DNA of 63,249 bases, counting the filler, from Octopus bimaculoides (Eukaryota), in NCBI RefSeq assembly GCF_001194135.2. It is 5 parts of 5 records of this genome, joined end to end, with 100 filler letters (N's around TTAATTAATTAA, not from the genome) between each part and the next. Parts side by side here need not be neighbours in the genome. Positions count along the whole stretch, not along the records: positions 48,851 to 62,147 come from NC_069008.1; positions 62,248 to 63,249 come from NC_068984.1; 3 more parts are not named here. One strand, 5' to 3'. The notes under the pieces are model-generated. The model saw nothing but the letters and a program-made list of their open reading frames with translations. It had not been told where the DNA came from and did no database searches. The position numbers and the translations under genes are program-made. Shown in pieces: positions 52,101-63,195 of this stretch (position 1 is the first letter of the stretch; every line of letters begins with the position of its first letter).

Positions 52101-52188
52101 ATACAAGAATGTTGTTGACAGTGACTTCAAAGTTTCGGCTAGCTACACCATCGAAACTTCGAAGTCATTGACAACAACATTCTTGTAT
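52101..52188. other. Inverted repeat/hairpin, 37-bp stem and 14-nt loop, in LLTP intron
   Basis: 34 of 37 stem positions are Watson-Crick complementary. Confidence 0.95.
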
Positions 52189-52275
52189 GAAAAGAATACA
52201 CCCCCCCCCCTACACACACATGTCACCTGTTAAACTGTCTGAATAAAAGACAAAAGAGTGAGTTTGGGAACTTAC

Positions 52276-52460
52276 AGTGATTTCCTTGAGCATCTGGGTG
52301 TTCCATAAAAGCTGGAAAAACAGAATACTTGAGGGTCTCATTTCTATGATCATTTTTCCGTCTCGATTCACCTTCTGCTGTCCCAAAGTCCTGTAGGCCT
52401 TCATCATAAGCTTTCTGTCCATGACTTCTCCATCGATGTGGAACACTTTTTCAGGGTTGG
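52276..52460 (-). CDS. LLTP exon, 185 bp (ANPEKVFHIDG...LLWNTQMLKEIT)
   Basis: Acceptor tttacag|, donor ACT|gtaagt; phase 1 in, phase 0 out. Confidence 0.9.
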
Positions 52461-52621
52461 CTGTAAACATAAACGAAACATTAAGGTACGTGCATGGGTA
52501 GTGTAATAAACGAAACAGCCCCTATAAATATTAACTGTTTTAGGGTTTAAATGATGTAGGGCTTAACTGATTTAAAGGTTAATTACTTAAGGGTTAACTT
52601 TTTTAAGGGTTAATTGATATA

Positions 52622-52812
52622 CCTTTCGGGGAAGGGGATAAATCGATTGCATCGACCCCCAGTGCTCAAATGGTACTTATTTTATTGACCCCCCGAAAAG
52701 AATGAATGGCAAAGTTGACCTCGGCGGAATTTGAACTCAGAGCATGAAGACGGACGAAATGCTGCTAAGCATTTTGCCCGGCGTGCTAACGTTTCTGCCA
52801 GCTCACCGCCTT
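52622..52812 (-). mobile_element. SINE family D in LLTP intron
   Basis: Close match to 48988-49189. Confidence 0.85.
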
Positions 52813-53069
52813 GTCTATGTGATCTCAAATTTTAAAGCAAACACATAATTTTCTTATGGTTTCTTAAACATTCACTTGAACAAAACTGTACAAATCCAAA
52901 TATATGGTACCCTAGGCATAACACCAACATGAACTTCTAACTTGTTGTCTCTTGAGGTCTCTGGGTGAGACTCGGATCCGACTTGTACAAATGCAAAACA
53001 AAAGTCAAACATAAAATAATAATAATAATAATAAGGTAAAAAAGGAAGCAACATTTAAAAGAAGGTTAC

Positions 53070-53235
53070 CTTGGTCGTAGTTTAGCTCGAGGTGCATATT
53101 TTTGGCGTTAGGGCTGATTGATGCTGTGGCCTGCATGTCCTTCATACCAGATTCTCGTTTGTTCAAAGACATTGAATACTGTTTGTTGGTGTCTAGGGAT
53201 CCAGTGATTTCAATATGCTTCTTGGGAGACACAAT
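53070..53235 (-). CDS. LLTP exon, 166 bp (IVSPKKHIEITGSL...LELNYDQ)
   Basis: Acceptor caccag|, donor G|gtaacc; phase 0 in, phase 1 out. Confidence 0.85.
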
Positions 53236-53802
53236 CTGGTGATTAGAATAAGGTTTAATTAATATAATGATCGTATATATAATTAACATATTATACATAC
53301 ATACATACGTACAATCGAATTACATAGTTTAATTAATGTAATCGCTGTTAAGTTTCATAATTACTGGAGGGGAGGAGTAAAGTGGTTCTTCTGTGAGGTT
53401 GTTCCATCTACTAGAAATAGCAGTCGAATTTCCAGAAATTACATCGTAATATATATATTCCAAAGCAAAAGTCGTTGTATTATGTAATCGTAGATGCCCA
53501 ATGACTAAATAGTTGGGATGGTCACAGAAGGAAGTTCTTTGATCAGGGATACGTTGGAATAAAATCGATTTGGGATTAAGCAACAATGAGAACCCCTTTG
53601 AACGATGTTGTTCTAAATAAAGATTTTAGAAAAAAATATTTGGTTTTCGTTACATTTCAAACACCATTTTAAAAATAAAATAGGAAAATATGGGGGCATG
53701 TTTTAAGTGCAAAGTAGCTCTGTCCCCTCATTTTCTGGATGTCTTATTTCCTTTAAGGGACTTTAAGATTACAAATGCATGCTTAGCGGGAAGTGTGCTT
53801 AC

Positions 53803-54126
53803 CTCAAAGATGGCTTCCCGTTGGATCTTGTTGATGTCCGTCCTGATGATGTATTTATCATAATGGCGTCTATGGCCGGCGTAGTTGAGTTCCACACCGG
53901 TGCTAATTCTTCCTGATTTGGCGGCTGCGTACGCCATCACAATGAAAGCGAGTTTCGTGTATGGTTGTTCGACAAGGAAGTCCAAAGTGTAGTTGCCTCT
54001 GTTGTCAGCCAGTTTCATGTCCACAGTCAATGCTTTGCGGGGATCTTGGTCAGCGCTGAACTGGAATCGGCTACTGAACATGGTGTCACCACGACGGCCA
54101 GTGAAGATTGTTTTAAAATGCATACC
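53803..54126 (-). CDS. LLTP exon, 324 bp (GMHFKTIFTG...QREAIFE)
   Basis: Acceptor ttttcag|, donor GAG|gtaagc; phase 0/0. Confidence 0.9.
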
Positions 54127-54700
54127 CTGAAAATGGATAAGATGAAGATATATANNNNNNNNNNNNNNNNNNNNNNNNNNNNNNNNNNNNNNNNNNNNNN
54201 NNNNNNNNNNNNNNNNNNNNNNNNNNNNNNNNNNNNNNNNNNNNNNNNNNNNNNNNNNNNNNNNNNNNNNNNNNNNNNNNNNNNNNNNNNNNNNNNNNNN
54301 NNNNNNNNNNNNNNNNNNNNNNNNNNNNNNNNNNNNNNNNNNNNNNNNNNNNNNNNNNNNNNNNNNNNNNNNNNNNNNNNNNNNNNNNNNNNNNNNNNNN
54401 NNNNNNNNNNNNNNNNNNNNNNNNNNNNNNNNNNNNNNNNNNNNNNNNNNNNNNNNNNNNNNNNNNNNNNNNNNNNNNNNNNNNNNNNNNNNNNNNNNNN
54501 NNNNNNNNNNNNNNNNNNNNNNNNNNNNNNNNNNNNNNNNNNNNNNNNNNNNNNNNNNNNNNNNNNNNNNNNNNNNNNNNNNNNNNNNNNNNNNNNNNNN
54601 NNNNNNNNNNNNNNNNNNNNNNNNNNNNNNNNNNNNNNNNNNNNNNNNNNNNNNNNNNNNNNNNNNNNNNNNNNNNATATATATATATATATATATATAC

Positions 54701-54850
54701 ACGGTGGGCTTCTTTTAGTTTCCATCTACCATATCCACTCGCAATGGTTATAGAAGAAAACAGTGGCCCAGGGTGCCGTGCAGTAGGACTGAACCCCGAA
54801 GCTTGTGGTTAGGAAGCAAACTTCTCCGCCGTACAGTCACGCTTGTGCCT
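54701..54850 (-). mobile_element. SINE family A head in LLTP intron
   Basis: Diverged match to 19443-19601. Confidence 0.8.
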
Positions 54851-55044
54851 TCTCGAATAATTGTTGCGCAAATGTAAATATAAAAGATGCGTGTAAATAA
54901 AATGTGCTGACTTCTCTAAGCATGAATGTAATGCGTTTACGTAATGCCTCCCGAATGTTGAGAACGACAAATGACGAGTCAATGGCTGAGACGTACAACA
55001 GTGAAAAAGACCAACTCAAAGACAAACAAAATAAGGTTACTCAC

Positions 55045-58000
55045 CTTTTTCTGGTTGGGGAATTTGACGATCGTGTTCATGGTGTAGATGTTTATGCTCT
55101 GAATAGAAATATCAGTTGTTATTTCAATCTTCTCGTTTCTGTTGTTGACGTCAGGTGTCAAGGTGAACATGGCAGTATGTTGATCACGATGATTTTGAAC
55201 ACTTCCGGTCAGCTGGATGGTACGACGGGGTAAGATCAAACTAAGGAGAGCTTCGTTTCCGCCTGAAGTTTTCATTTGAAGTTCTGCTCCTATTTTCTGA
55301 GTGTCTTTCTCTCCCCAACTGTATTCAGCCTTCATTGTGTACATATCAGAAGATTTCTGGAGATGGAAATTTCCAGTCAAGTCGCCATCATTGCCCATCA
55401 CTTTCAAAGTGATTTTTCTGGAAAAAGTAGATCTGCTGTCATTGTTAACGTATGCCATAGAAGTTTTAAACTGTTTATCCTTGTCGCTGCGGTCTCTTTG
55501 TAAATCGAGCTCAACATTGAAGCCGTTGCCGGTATGAACAAAGGTTGCACTGTACAACTGTTTAGGAAGGGTAACACTTGCTTTCAAATGCCTGTTGGCA
55601 TCACGTTCGGCAGAGATGGTTAAATCTTTCAAGTTTCTCAATGGGGTCCTCATCTGGAAGTTTCCACTTGTGAAACGACCATCATGAGAAGCCTTCGATG
55701 TGATGACGTATTTTTCGTTCTTGTAATCCATCTTAACATTGTAAGAATATTTCTGCTGGAAGCTTACTTCTACGTCATAGCCTGCAAGTCTGCTCATGGT
55801 GTTGGTTTCAATGTGTGCTTTGCTTTTGAAGGACGTTCTAGTCAGTTCGTGTTGATAAACCAGAGTAACGACACCTGTCGACTGAGATTTCAATGTCAAT
55901 GATGATTTGATCCGGTTCAGTTTCATTGGATCAACAGTGATCTTCATGTGAACGTCGCCGGTGTGAGTGTTATCAAGGTCAAAAGAAGCTGTCAGACCAC
56001 GTGACAGATTTACGTTGGTCTTTACCGAACTTTCCCTTCCATTTACGTTTACGATGAATGACTGGGTGAACTCGTTTGTATCAAAGTTTGTTTGAATGTC
56101 AACATTGGAGTTGATTGCTGTCTGACTTGATTTCAGCGATGATTTCATTTGCATCACGAACTGTCTCTGGTCCAGTTGAACATCAACATTGTTCTCCAAA
56201 AGGTAGTCTCCAAACGTGGCCTTCACGTGGCTTTTACCATTGGCCATGTTGCCGGTGTTTTCAACCAAGATTTCGAGGTCACTAGAATAAGGCCTGGTCA
56301 TACGGACGACCATTTGTTTGAAGTTATCGTTGATCATCTTCACTTTGTAAGTGTTTCCGTTGTTGGACAGCCGAGCGTTCATACTAAAGTCCTTGATGTG
56401 TTCATTGAATTTTGCCTTGATCTCACCTGCGTTATTGGGAGAAGAAAAACTGATCAAAAGGTCTTTAGTCTCTAAAGAGAAATTACACTGATACATGTCG
56501 TTGTTGTTCAGGAAAAGCACAGACAAAGAACGGTCCTGTAGCTGGAAGGTGAGTTTTTGTACACCCAGTTCAGGAGTGGACATATTGAAGCTCATATAAT
56601 CGAAATAATTCACGTTGGAAGCAGCAAATTGGTAACTGTTGTAACGGTAGACCAATTTTGTCTTGAAGCTCGAAGACTTAAATCCATCCATGATGTCTCC
56701 TGACAAACTGAAGAAGGGTGACTTGAAGCTGAGGGTGTATGTGTGAGTGTCAACATTTACTGAGGTTGCAAAAGAATATTCAGTCTTCTTGCGCAGTAAC
56801 TGAGTGTTCAGATGGAAATTTCTCAAATCGCCACCAAAGTCAAATTTCAGCTCGTTGTGTCCAAGTTCTGGTGTGGTCAGTTCAGCGTTGATTCCTTTCA
56901 TGTAGTTTTGATTGGAAAGAACCAGTTTGTATTGTTGTTTGTCGATGGTCACTCCGGCGAAGGCCTTGAATCTTTTTAGTTCTCCTTCAAAGTCCAGCTT
57001 AGCTTTGACTCCTGGGAAATAGACGTTGATGTCCAAAGTCTTGTAGTATGCCTTATTGGAGGCTGTCACTTCATAGATGTCCTTGTTGTGTTGTAGTTTG
57101 AGAACAACGTTGAACTTCTTCAATTTACCGGAAATGGTAAGAGTGAGGTCATCGTTGAAGGAAGGAGCTTTCAGGTCTCCCTTGATAACCATCTTACGTC
57201 CAAAGTTCTTGTAGGATCCTCCCAAAGTGACTCTTTTCTTGTTGTACACGAAGGTAGCATCGCCGGTGACGCCGTTTTTCTTGGCATCAATGCTGCTTTT
57301 AACAACGACCTCGTGTCTCGGAATTGACATAGTCACTCTCATCTGTTCGTAATAGTCTTTATTGGAATAAGTAATTTCATATTTTGTTTTTCTAATCAAA
57401 ACACTGAACATTCCGTTCAAGTTTTTGAGAGTGTTATCCATCTTGATATATGCTTCAAAGTTGAAAGGTGTTTTAAGGTCGAAGGTGATTTTTCTGTAGA
57501 ATTTTTCGTTGGAAACTTTCATCAGGAAAGCCTCTTCGTTGTGTTTAGCCTCAAGGATCAAGTTGAACATCTCCGGTTCTCCGTCTAGTGTAAAGTCCAG
57601 AAGGTCGTTGAATGAAGGGGTTCCCAAATTGGCCTTGATACGCCGGAAGTAGTCCTTGTTGGACAAAGTGAATTCGTATTTGCCGTTATCGTGAATCATC
57701 TCAGCTTGGTATCGGAACATTTTCAAATTTCCACTCAGTGTCATTAAGAATTGACAGTTGTGGAATGGAGACACGATTTTGAACATGATTTTCGACATAT
57801 GTTTGTAAATGGCATTGAATTTGTAATTGTCAGAACGTGTTTGTAGGAAAAGGTCAAGATCAGCAGAAATGTCCTCAGGGTCCAGGGTCAAATCCATATT
57901 GAATTTCACTCCTTTCGGAGCAACAAGTTGTAAGGTGATCTGCCTGCCATAGTTGTGGATCGACATGTCGCTTGTATATTGGTCTCTGTTTCCAATTTTG

Positions 58001-60189
58001 TGGGACAGAGTCATAATCATTTCATCGAAGTCGCCATTCCTAACAAATTGAGTTTCCCAATCATCGTAGTTTCTCAGACTGATCTTGGAGGAGATTTCTG
58101 TGTGTTTTGGTTGGTTCTTCATGTTGCTGCTGAACATAAATTCCTTGGCTGCCTTTATCTGGAGACTGGAGTCCATATTTTGATGCGTGACATCAAAAGA
58201 GAATTCGTTATACCTTCTATGAGATGTGGTAGCAACCATGTTTACTTTGAAATCGTTGACACTGTTCATGTTGTACAAACCCTTGAAAACGAACATTTTT
58301 CTATCGTTGAATTCAGTTTCAAAATTAACGGTCTCGTACTGTCTCCAGTTACCTTTCAGCGACAGAGTAATTTTTCCTTGTCTTATAGTATCAGAGTGAG
58401 TTTCGAGTTCAATACTGGCGTCGGTCCTGTCCTTTGATTGACTTGCTTTCAATTGGAGTTGCTCCAGATATGGCAACACTTTCACCGATGCCCTAGCCAT
58501 GGAATCTCGGCCCCCTGTTTGGTAAGAAACTTCCACGTTCATATTTGTAAGGGAAGGAAAATCAGGACTATCAACATTGAAAGAATATGTCTTCCTCTCT
58601 CCGTTAAGGAATACAGTTTGAGCTTTGATCTGCCTGCTGTCTGGAAGTCCTAAATGAACATTTATCTTATGACTGGAAGATTCTATCTTGTAGTTTCCAG
58701 ATAACAAAAGATTCTTACCACCAGATCCGATACGTATTTCACTATCGAAATAGCGGCCAGCTTCGAATTCAACGGCACCGTCCACCGAGGCATCGATGGA
58801 ACCTGACTTTATCTCGGCATGGGATGTTTTCCTTGCACCAGACATATTCAAGTTGAAGGAAGCTGTCATCGTCTTACCGTCTGGTCCTGTCATTTGTGCA
58901 TTCACATCGAAGTTGTCTTTCAGTCTTGCGTATTCAGCATTCATTTTCATTAATTCCCCGTTGTTGCTTGTAACTGTCACACTACCTTTCAGCCTCTTGG
59001 GTAACCCTTTCACTAGCACCGCTGATATCCCTCCGTTTTTGTAATAACGCAAAGTGCTGGTGTAGGCAAGATTAATCGAAGATTTAGCTTGGTTATGCTT
59101 CAGTGAATATGAACCACCGATGGAGTTGATTCTGTAATTTGGCAGATTAATTTCACAGTCACCGCTTGAAGTCATTTCTCGATCATCGCTCTGCAGGGCA
59201 ATCTTCATGTGACCTTTAGCATCAAACATATCAAAAGTCAAGCTTGCATCACTGTTCATCTGACTCCTGTCTACATTATGGGCCATATTCACATCAAGAT
59301 AGGTTTTCTTTTCTTGTTTCACCAAAAGCATGGCGGTCTTTTTGACGTCGTTGTTTTTCAAAGCAATTTTCACATCTGTCGTTACTCGGTTACGCAAATG
59401 CATGAAATTGTATTCAAATTCTTTGTCAAAAGAATTCAAAGTCATGTCTTGTTTCATCTCAATTCTGTTGTCATTGCTTCTCAAAATGCTGTGGGAAGAA
59501 TACGAACATTTCTTGTTGGTGGTAACACGTTCAATGGTTTCACTGTAACTTTGAAGACTCCTAAACGGTGTAGTGATGCTAAATTTGGAGGTTGATCTCC
59601 TGCCAACCACACCGACTAACGATGCAGTAGCACTTATTTTTCGGTCCTGTGCCCACTCTAACAAAAGATCTCCGTTGCCGGATATATCAGTTTTACTGGT
59701 GTCATACTGAACAGACGCAACAGCTTTGTAGTCAATGTTCTGCTCAAGTGAGAGAATCTGTTTGTCAACGTGAAGTTCGGCCATTGCTTTGTAATTACGA
59801 TCAGCCGTGTTGAGAGTGGTGGTCAGTTTAGCTTGTCTCTGGTTGGGTAAGCTGAGCTGGTTGTCAACCATCACAACTTTGGGACTGTTCCTGAAAGTTG
59901 TCTTCAGTTTTACCATGGTCTCCTTTTGCCATTGGGCGCATACTTCGTTCTCGTAAGTATCTGTGTTGAGTTGTACCAATTTCTCTTCGAATTCCACGAC
60001 TCTGTCGGGATAAGCAAGAGACACCTTCACATCGGTGTTCTGCAAACCCTTCACTTTGACGTTGCTGTAGAACAAACCAGTTTTCACCAAATAGCGAGGA
60101 GAGATTTGAAGCATGATGTTGTTCTCAATCTTTCTCATGGGGGAGGTTGCAGTATGGAAATGGTCGGCTTTCACGTGGAAGTTGACATT
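55045..60189 (-). CDS. LLTP giant exon, 5,145 bp / 1,715 codons, amphipathic beta-strand region (NVNFHVKADH...KFPNQKK)
   Basis: Lies inside the 1,781-aa ORF. Acceptor tttttttgtcttgaacag|AAT, donor AAG|gtgagt; phase 0 at both ends. Confidence 0.93.
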
Positions 60190-60493
60190 CTGTTCAAGAC
60201 AAAAAAAGAGAAAGAGAAATTTGAAGGTTAAGTCAAGATTTTCTTGTATACTGTTACTAGTCTCATTTCCCAAGTCGCGGCCATGTTGGAGCATAGCTTC
60301 TAAGGGACATTTTAAATAATTCATCTTCCAACAACTGTAACTCCATCATGACAGTCACTCAACTGTGACTGTAGCTGTTATTGGAATCACTCAGTTGTGA
60401 ACGGATTTAGAACTGGAATCACTCAGCTGTGACAACGTACCTAAATACTCTCTATGTATATTGGGCCACCCTTACGGCAACCAACATTTCACA

Positions 60494-60800
60494 TGGACCT
60501 GCTGGAAATAGCAGCTGCATTTCACTCTAATCACAGCCAATCTTCTAAAATAACGTAACGACAAAGCAAGACGCATTTGATAATGTAGCCCTAGATGCAC
60601 TATGCCTGAGTAAAAGATGACATGTTCACAGCTGGAACATCTTCGATTAAAGATCTGACTGGATCAGAACTGACCTAGGGCTAAACATTAAGAAGACAGG
60701 AGACATTCGATAAAAAAAAAATGGAATGATCATGGCTGGAGCGTCTTTGATCGTTGGCCTATCGGATCATGTCTGACCGAGGGCTCAGCAGCAACAACAA
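60494..60800 (+). mobile_element. SINE family E 3' portion with duplicated 3' end, in LLTP intron
   Basis: ctgctggaaatagcagc...ggatcagaactgacctagggctaaac. Related pieces at 50075, 50270, 51220-51405, 22688 and 2400-2530. Confidence 0.75.
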
Positions 60801-60890
60801 CAATGAAGAAGAACGCATTAAGTAATGTAGACCTAAATACAGCAGCAGCAGTAGCAGCAGCAGCGGCGGCGGCGATTGATGTTATCTTAC

Positions 60891-61107
60891 CTTTCCGGGA
60901 TGTTTCACTGACATAGCAAAGTTATATTCCCTTGCCACTGATTTGGTCTTGTAGTTGATCACAGAGTTCACTTTGAGGTTGTTCAGGGCCTTGTTTTTCG
61001 GGTTGCCATAAGTGAGATCGACGTTGGTGTCCAGGTGGTTGTTAGTTTTGGTCAGCTTGCTCTTCACGTTGAAATTTAGCCAGTTGCTCTTCTTGCTAAT
61101 CAAGTCA
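60891..61107 (-). CDS. LLTP exon, 217 bp (ADLISKKSNWLNF...KHPGK)
   Basis: Acceptor ttacag|, donor AAG|gtaaga; phase 2 in, phase 0 out. Confidence 0.9.
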
Positions 61108-61156
61108 CTGTAACGAATAATTCACATGCAAAGTAAGTGGAGGGAGCATAGTGAAA

Positions 61157-61390
61157 CATCATCATCGCTTTACTGTCCACGTTTCTATGCTGACATGGGT
61201 TCGACGGGAATTTTTCGAGACAGATTCTTCTTTTTTATGGCAAAGTGCCTTTCCTGTCACCAACCCTCATCATGTTTCCAAGCAAGGTAACATTTTCCCC
61301 ATGGTCAGACATGTTTTTCGCGGAAGATTGGAAAGAAACGACATCACCTGTACAACGGTGTTGTTTGTTTACAACTATCACGTGACGAAG
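61157..61390 (-). mobile_element. SINE family F (catcatcatc tail; core reminiscent of V-SINE-type domains)
   Basis: Matches 22252-22485 (tttccaagcaaggtaa...agacatgtttt) and the reverse complement of 21170-21270. Confidence 0.7.
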
Positions 61391-61625
61391 TGAATGAAAG
61401 TGATAGATGAAACCGATTTATTGAAGGGGTATTTCTCAACGATATAATATATTAAACCAGTGTAACTTAGATGGAACCATCCCTATAAGACGTTTATATA
61501 TCCTCGTATTGACGCTATATATATATGTGTGTGTGTGTGTGTACATACATGAATGGATGTATATTTATTTGTATGCATATGTATGTGTGTGTGTGTCTAT
61601 GGATCACTAGAGAGTGGTTACTTAC

Positions 61626-61860
61626 GCGGTGCCGGAGTAGGTAGCGGCGTTCTTGGTTCTTACGGTTCTTGTCTTGGCAGAGAGTGTGAGACGGTCCGAG
61701 TATTTGGCACCAAAGTTGTAAATGGCAATTATTCTGCTGCTGATTCCGAGAGGTTTGGAGTCTAAGTCGATGTTCAGCTTGCAACTACCCTGTGGTGACT
61801 TAAATATGATTCGAGCAGTGTCTCTGCTCTTGGCTTTACCAACATTCATAGAAGTAAGTG
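61626..61860 (-). CDS. LLTP exon, 235 bp (ALTSMNVGKAKSRD...TYSGT)
   Basis: Acceptor cttcag|, donor GC|gtaagt; phase 1 in, phase 2 out. Confidence 0.9.
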
Positions 61861-61977
61861 CTGAAGCGGGAAACGATATATATATATATATACATATATG
61901 ATTAATAAAAAAAAAAAAGAAAAAGCAAAAACACAATCAGAAAGAAAAGACAACAACGCGAGGACGTCATGACTTAC

Positions 61978-62147
61978 CATTCAGATAAATTGGTTTGGAG
62001 AACACTTTGTCAAGATTCATTTCCAGATTTCCCTTGCCTTTCCCATCATGGCTGATAGTGGATTCGAACACGACTACATCTTTACCGGATATCATAACCT
62101 TTATGTAAGGACTATATTTGAAACCAGATTTTTTGGGAACCTTTCCA
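61978..62147 (-). CDS. LLTP exon, 5' part lost in assembly gap (GKVPKKSGFKYSPYIKV...KPIYLN)
   Basis: Open frame from the gap edge to the donor AATG|gtaagt; phase 1 matches the next exon. Confidence 0.85.
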
Positions 62148-62273
62148 NNNNNNNNNNNNNNNNNNNNNNNNNNNNNNNNNNNNNNNNNNNNTTAATTAAT
62201 TAANNNNNNNNNNNNNNNNNNNNNNNNNNNNNNNNNNNNNNNNNNNNCACACACACATATATACACATATATA

Positions 62274-62439
62274 CAACGGTCTTCTTTCAGTTTCCGTCTA
62301 CCAAATCCACTCATAAGGCTTTGGTCGGCCCGAGGCTATAGTAGAAGACACTTGCCCAAGGTACCACACAGTGGGACTGAACCCGGAACAATGAGGTTCG
62401 TAAGCAAACTACTTATCACACAGCCACTCTTGCGCCTAT
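62274..62439 (-). mobile_element. SINE family A head and core
   Basis: Near-identical to 19443-19601. Confidence 0.9.
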
Positions 62440-62442
62440 ATA

Positions 62443-62473
<31 letters not shown>

Positions 62474-62668
62474 CTATCGATATATCTGTCTAATTTTCCT
62501 CTTATTGTCTATTATAATTTTTCAACTAATACCTAATTTACTCTTCTATCTGTATATGTGTGTGCGTGCGTAAGCGTGTGTGTGCGCGCAGGCGCGTGTA
62601 TATCTATGTATGTATGTATGCACGTATATCGATGTATATTATTTATAATTCACACACGCGCGCATGCA

Positions 62669-62709
<41 letters not shown>

Positions 62710-63112
62710 GCATAGATTCAAACGGAATACAATAATATATAAATAATAGGTAAATTTAGAACGTTCAGTGAAATATCCTTTGATCTATTTGTAATCTATT
62801 TAGAAGTGACCTAATTAAGCTATGACTACGAGAACACTCGCTCCTCATTGCAAATTCTTGGTCTGTATTTTACGAGAACATATTTCAGTCACTGAAGGAA
62901 TGGCAACGTTCATGTCTTTACAAATCTTCCAATATAGGGGAAGGAAGAGATGAGGTTATCATCAGAGCAGATACCTGGACATTTTTATATCTTTTTCTTT
63001 TACTTCCGTAGGTAAACATTTACGGAAAATAACACTTTACTCTAGTATATTGTCTACAAATTGTATTTGTCACTCTATAACCTGCATTTGTACTTAGAAT
63101 ACATATATACAC

Positions 63113-63195
<83 letters not shown>

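Larger units (their letters stand above)
49290..62147 (-). other. Gene span (partial): apolipophorin/apoB-like large lipid transfer protein, 11 coding exons in window
   Basis: All traced splice junctions are GT-AG with matching phases (1,2,0,0,0,1,0,0,1,0; last donor phase 1). About 7,540 coding nt with no internal stop. A long amphipathic beta-strand region is followed by an amphipathic helical region and the motifs VLVFDPKNGEI and WVPPFK, which I recall preceding the VWD domain in invertebrate apolipophorins. N-terminal LLT domain and VWD domain are not visible. Confidence 0.8.

Noticed and set aside
52911-52981. Possible extra LLTP micro-exon (VGSESHPETSRD...)
   Set aside because: It has a weak AAG acceptor and ends in phase 0, while the next exon needs phase 1. 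Exon 53070 splices in phase directly to 52460.
54090-54105. RGD motif in the LLTP (GRRGDT)
   Set aside because: A single tripeptide in about 2,500 aa is expected by chance.
54979-60324. The 1,781-aa ORF as a stand-alone single-exon gene
   Set aside because: Its first 45 and last 22 codons are intronic (a SINE-tail fragment and polypyrimidine tract; sequence after the gtgagt donor). Phase-matched exons flank it.
60355-60432. CRISPR array
   Set aside because: Eukaryotic intron, only three 14-bp repeats with 18-bp spacers, and no cas genes. Kept only as a motif array.
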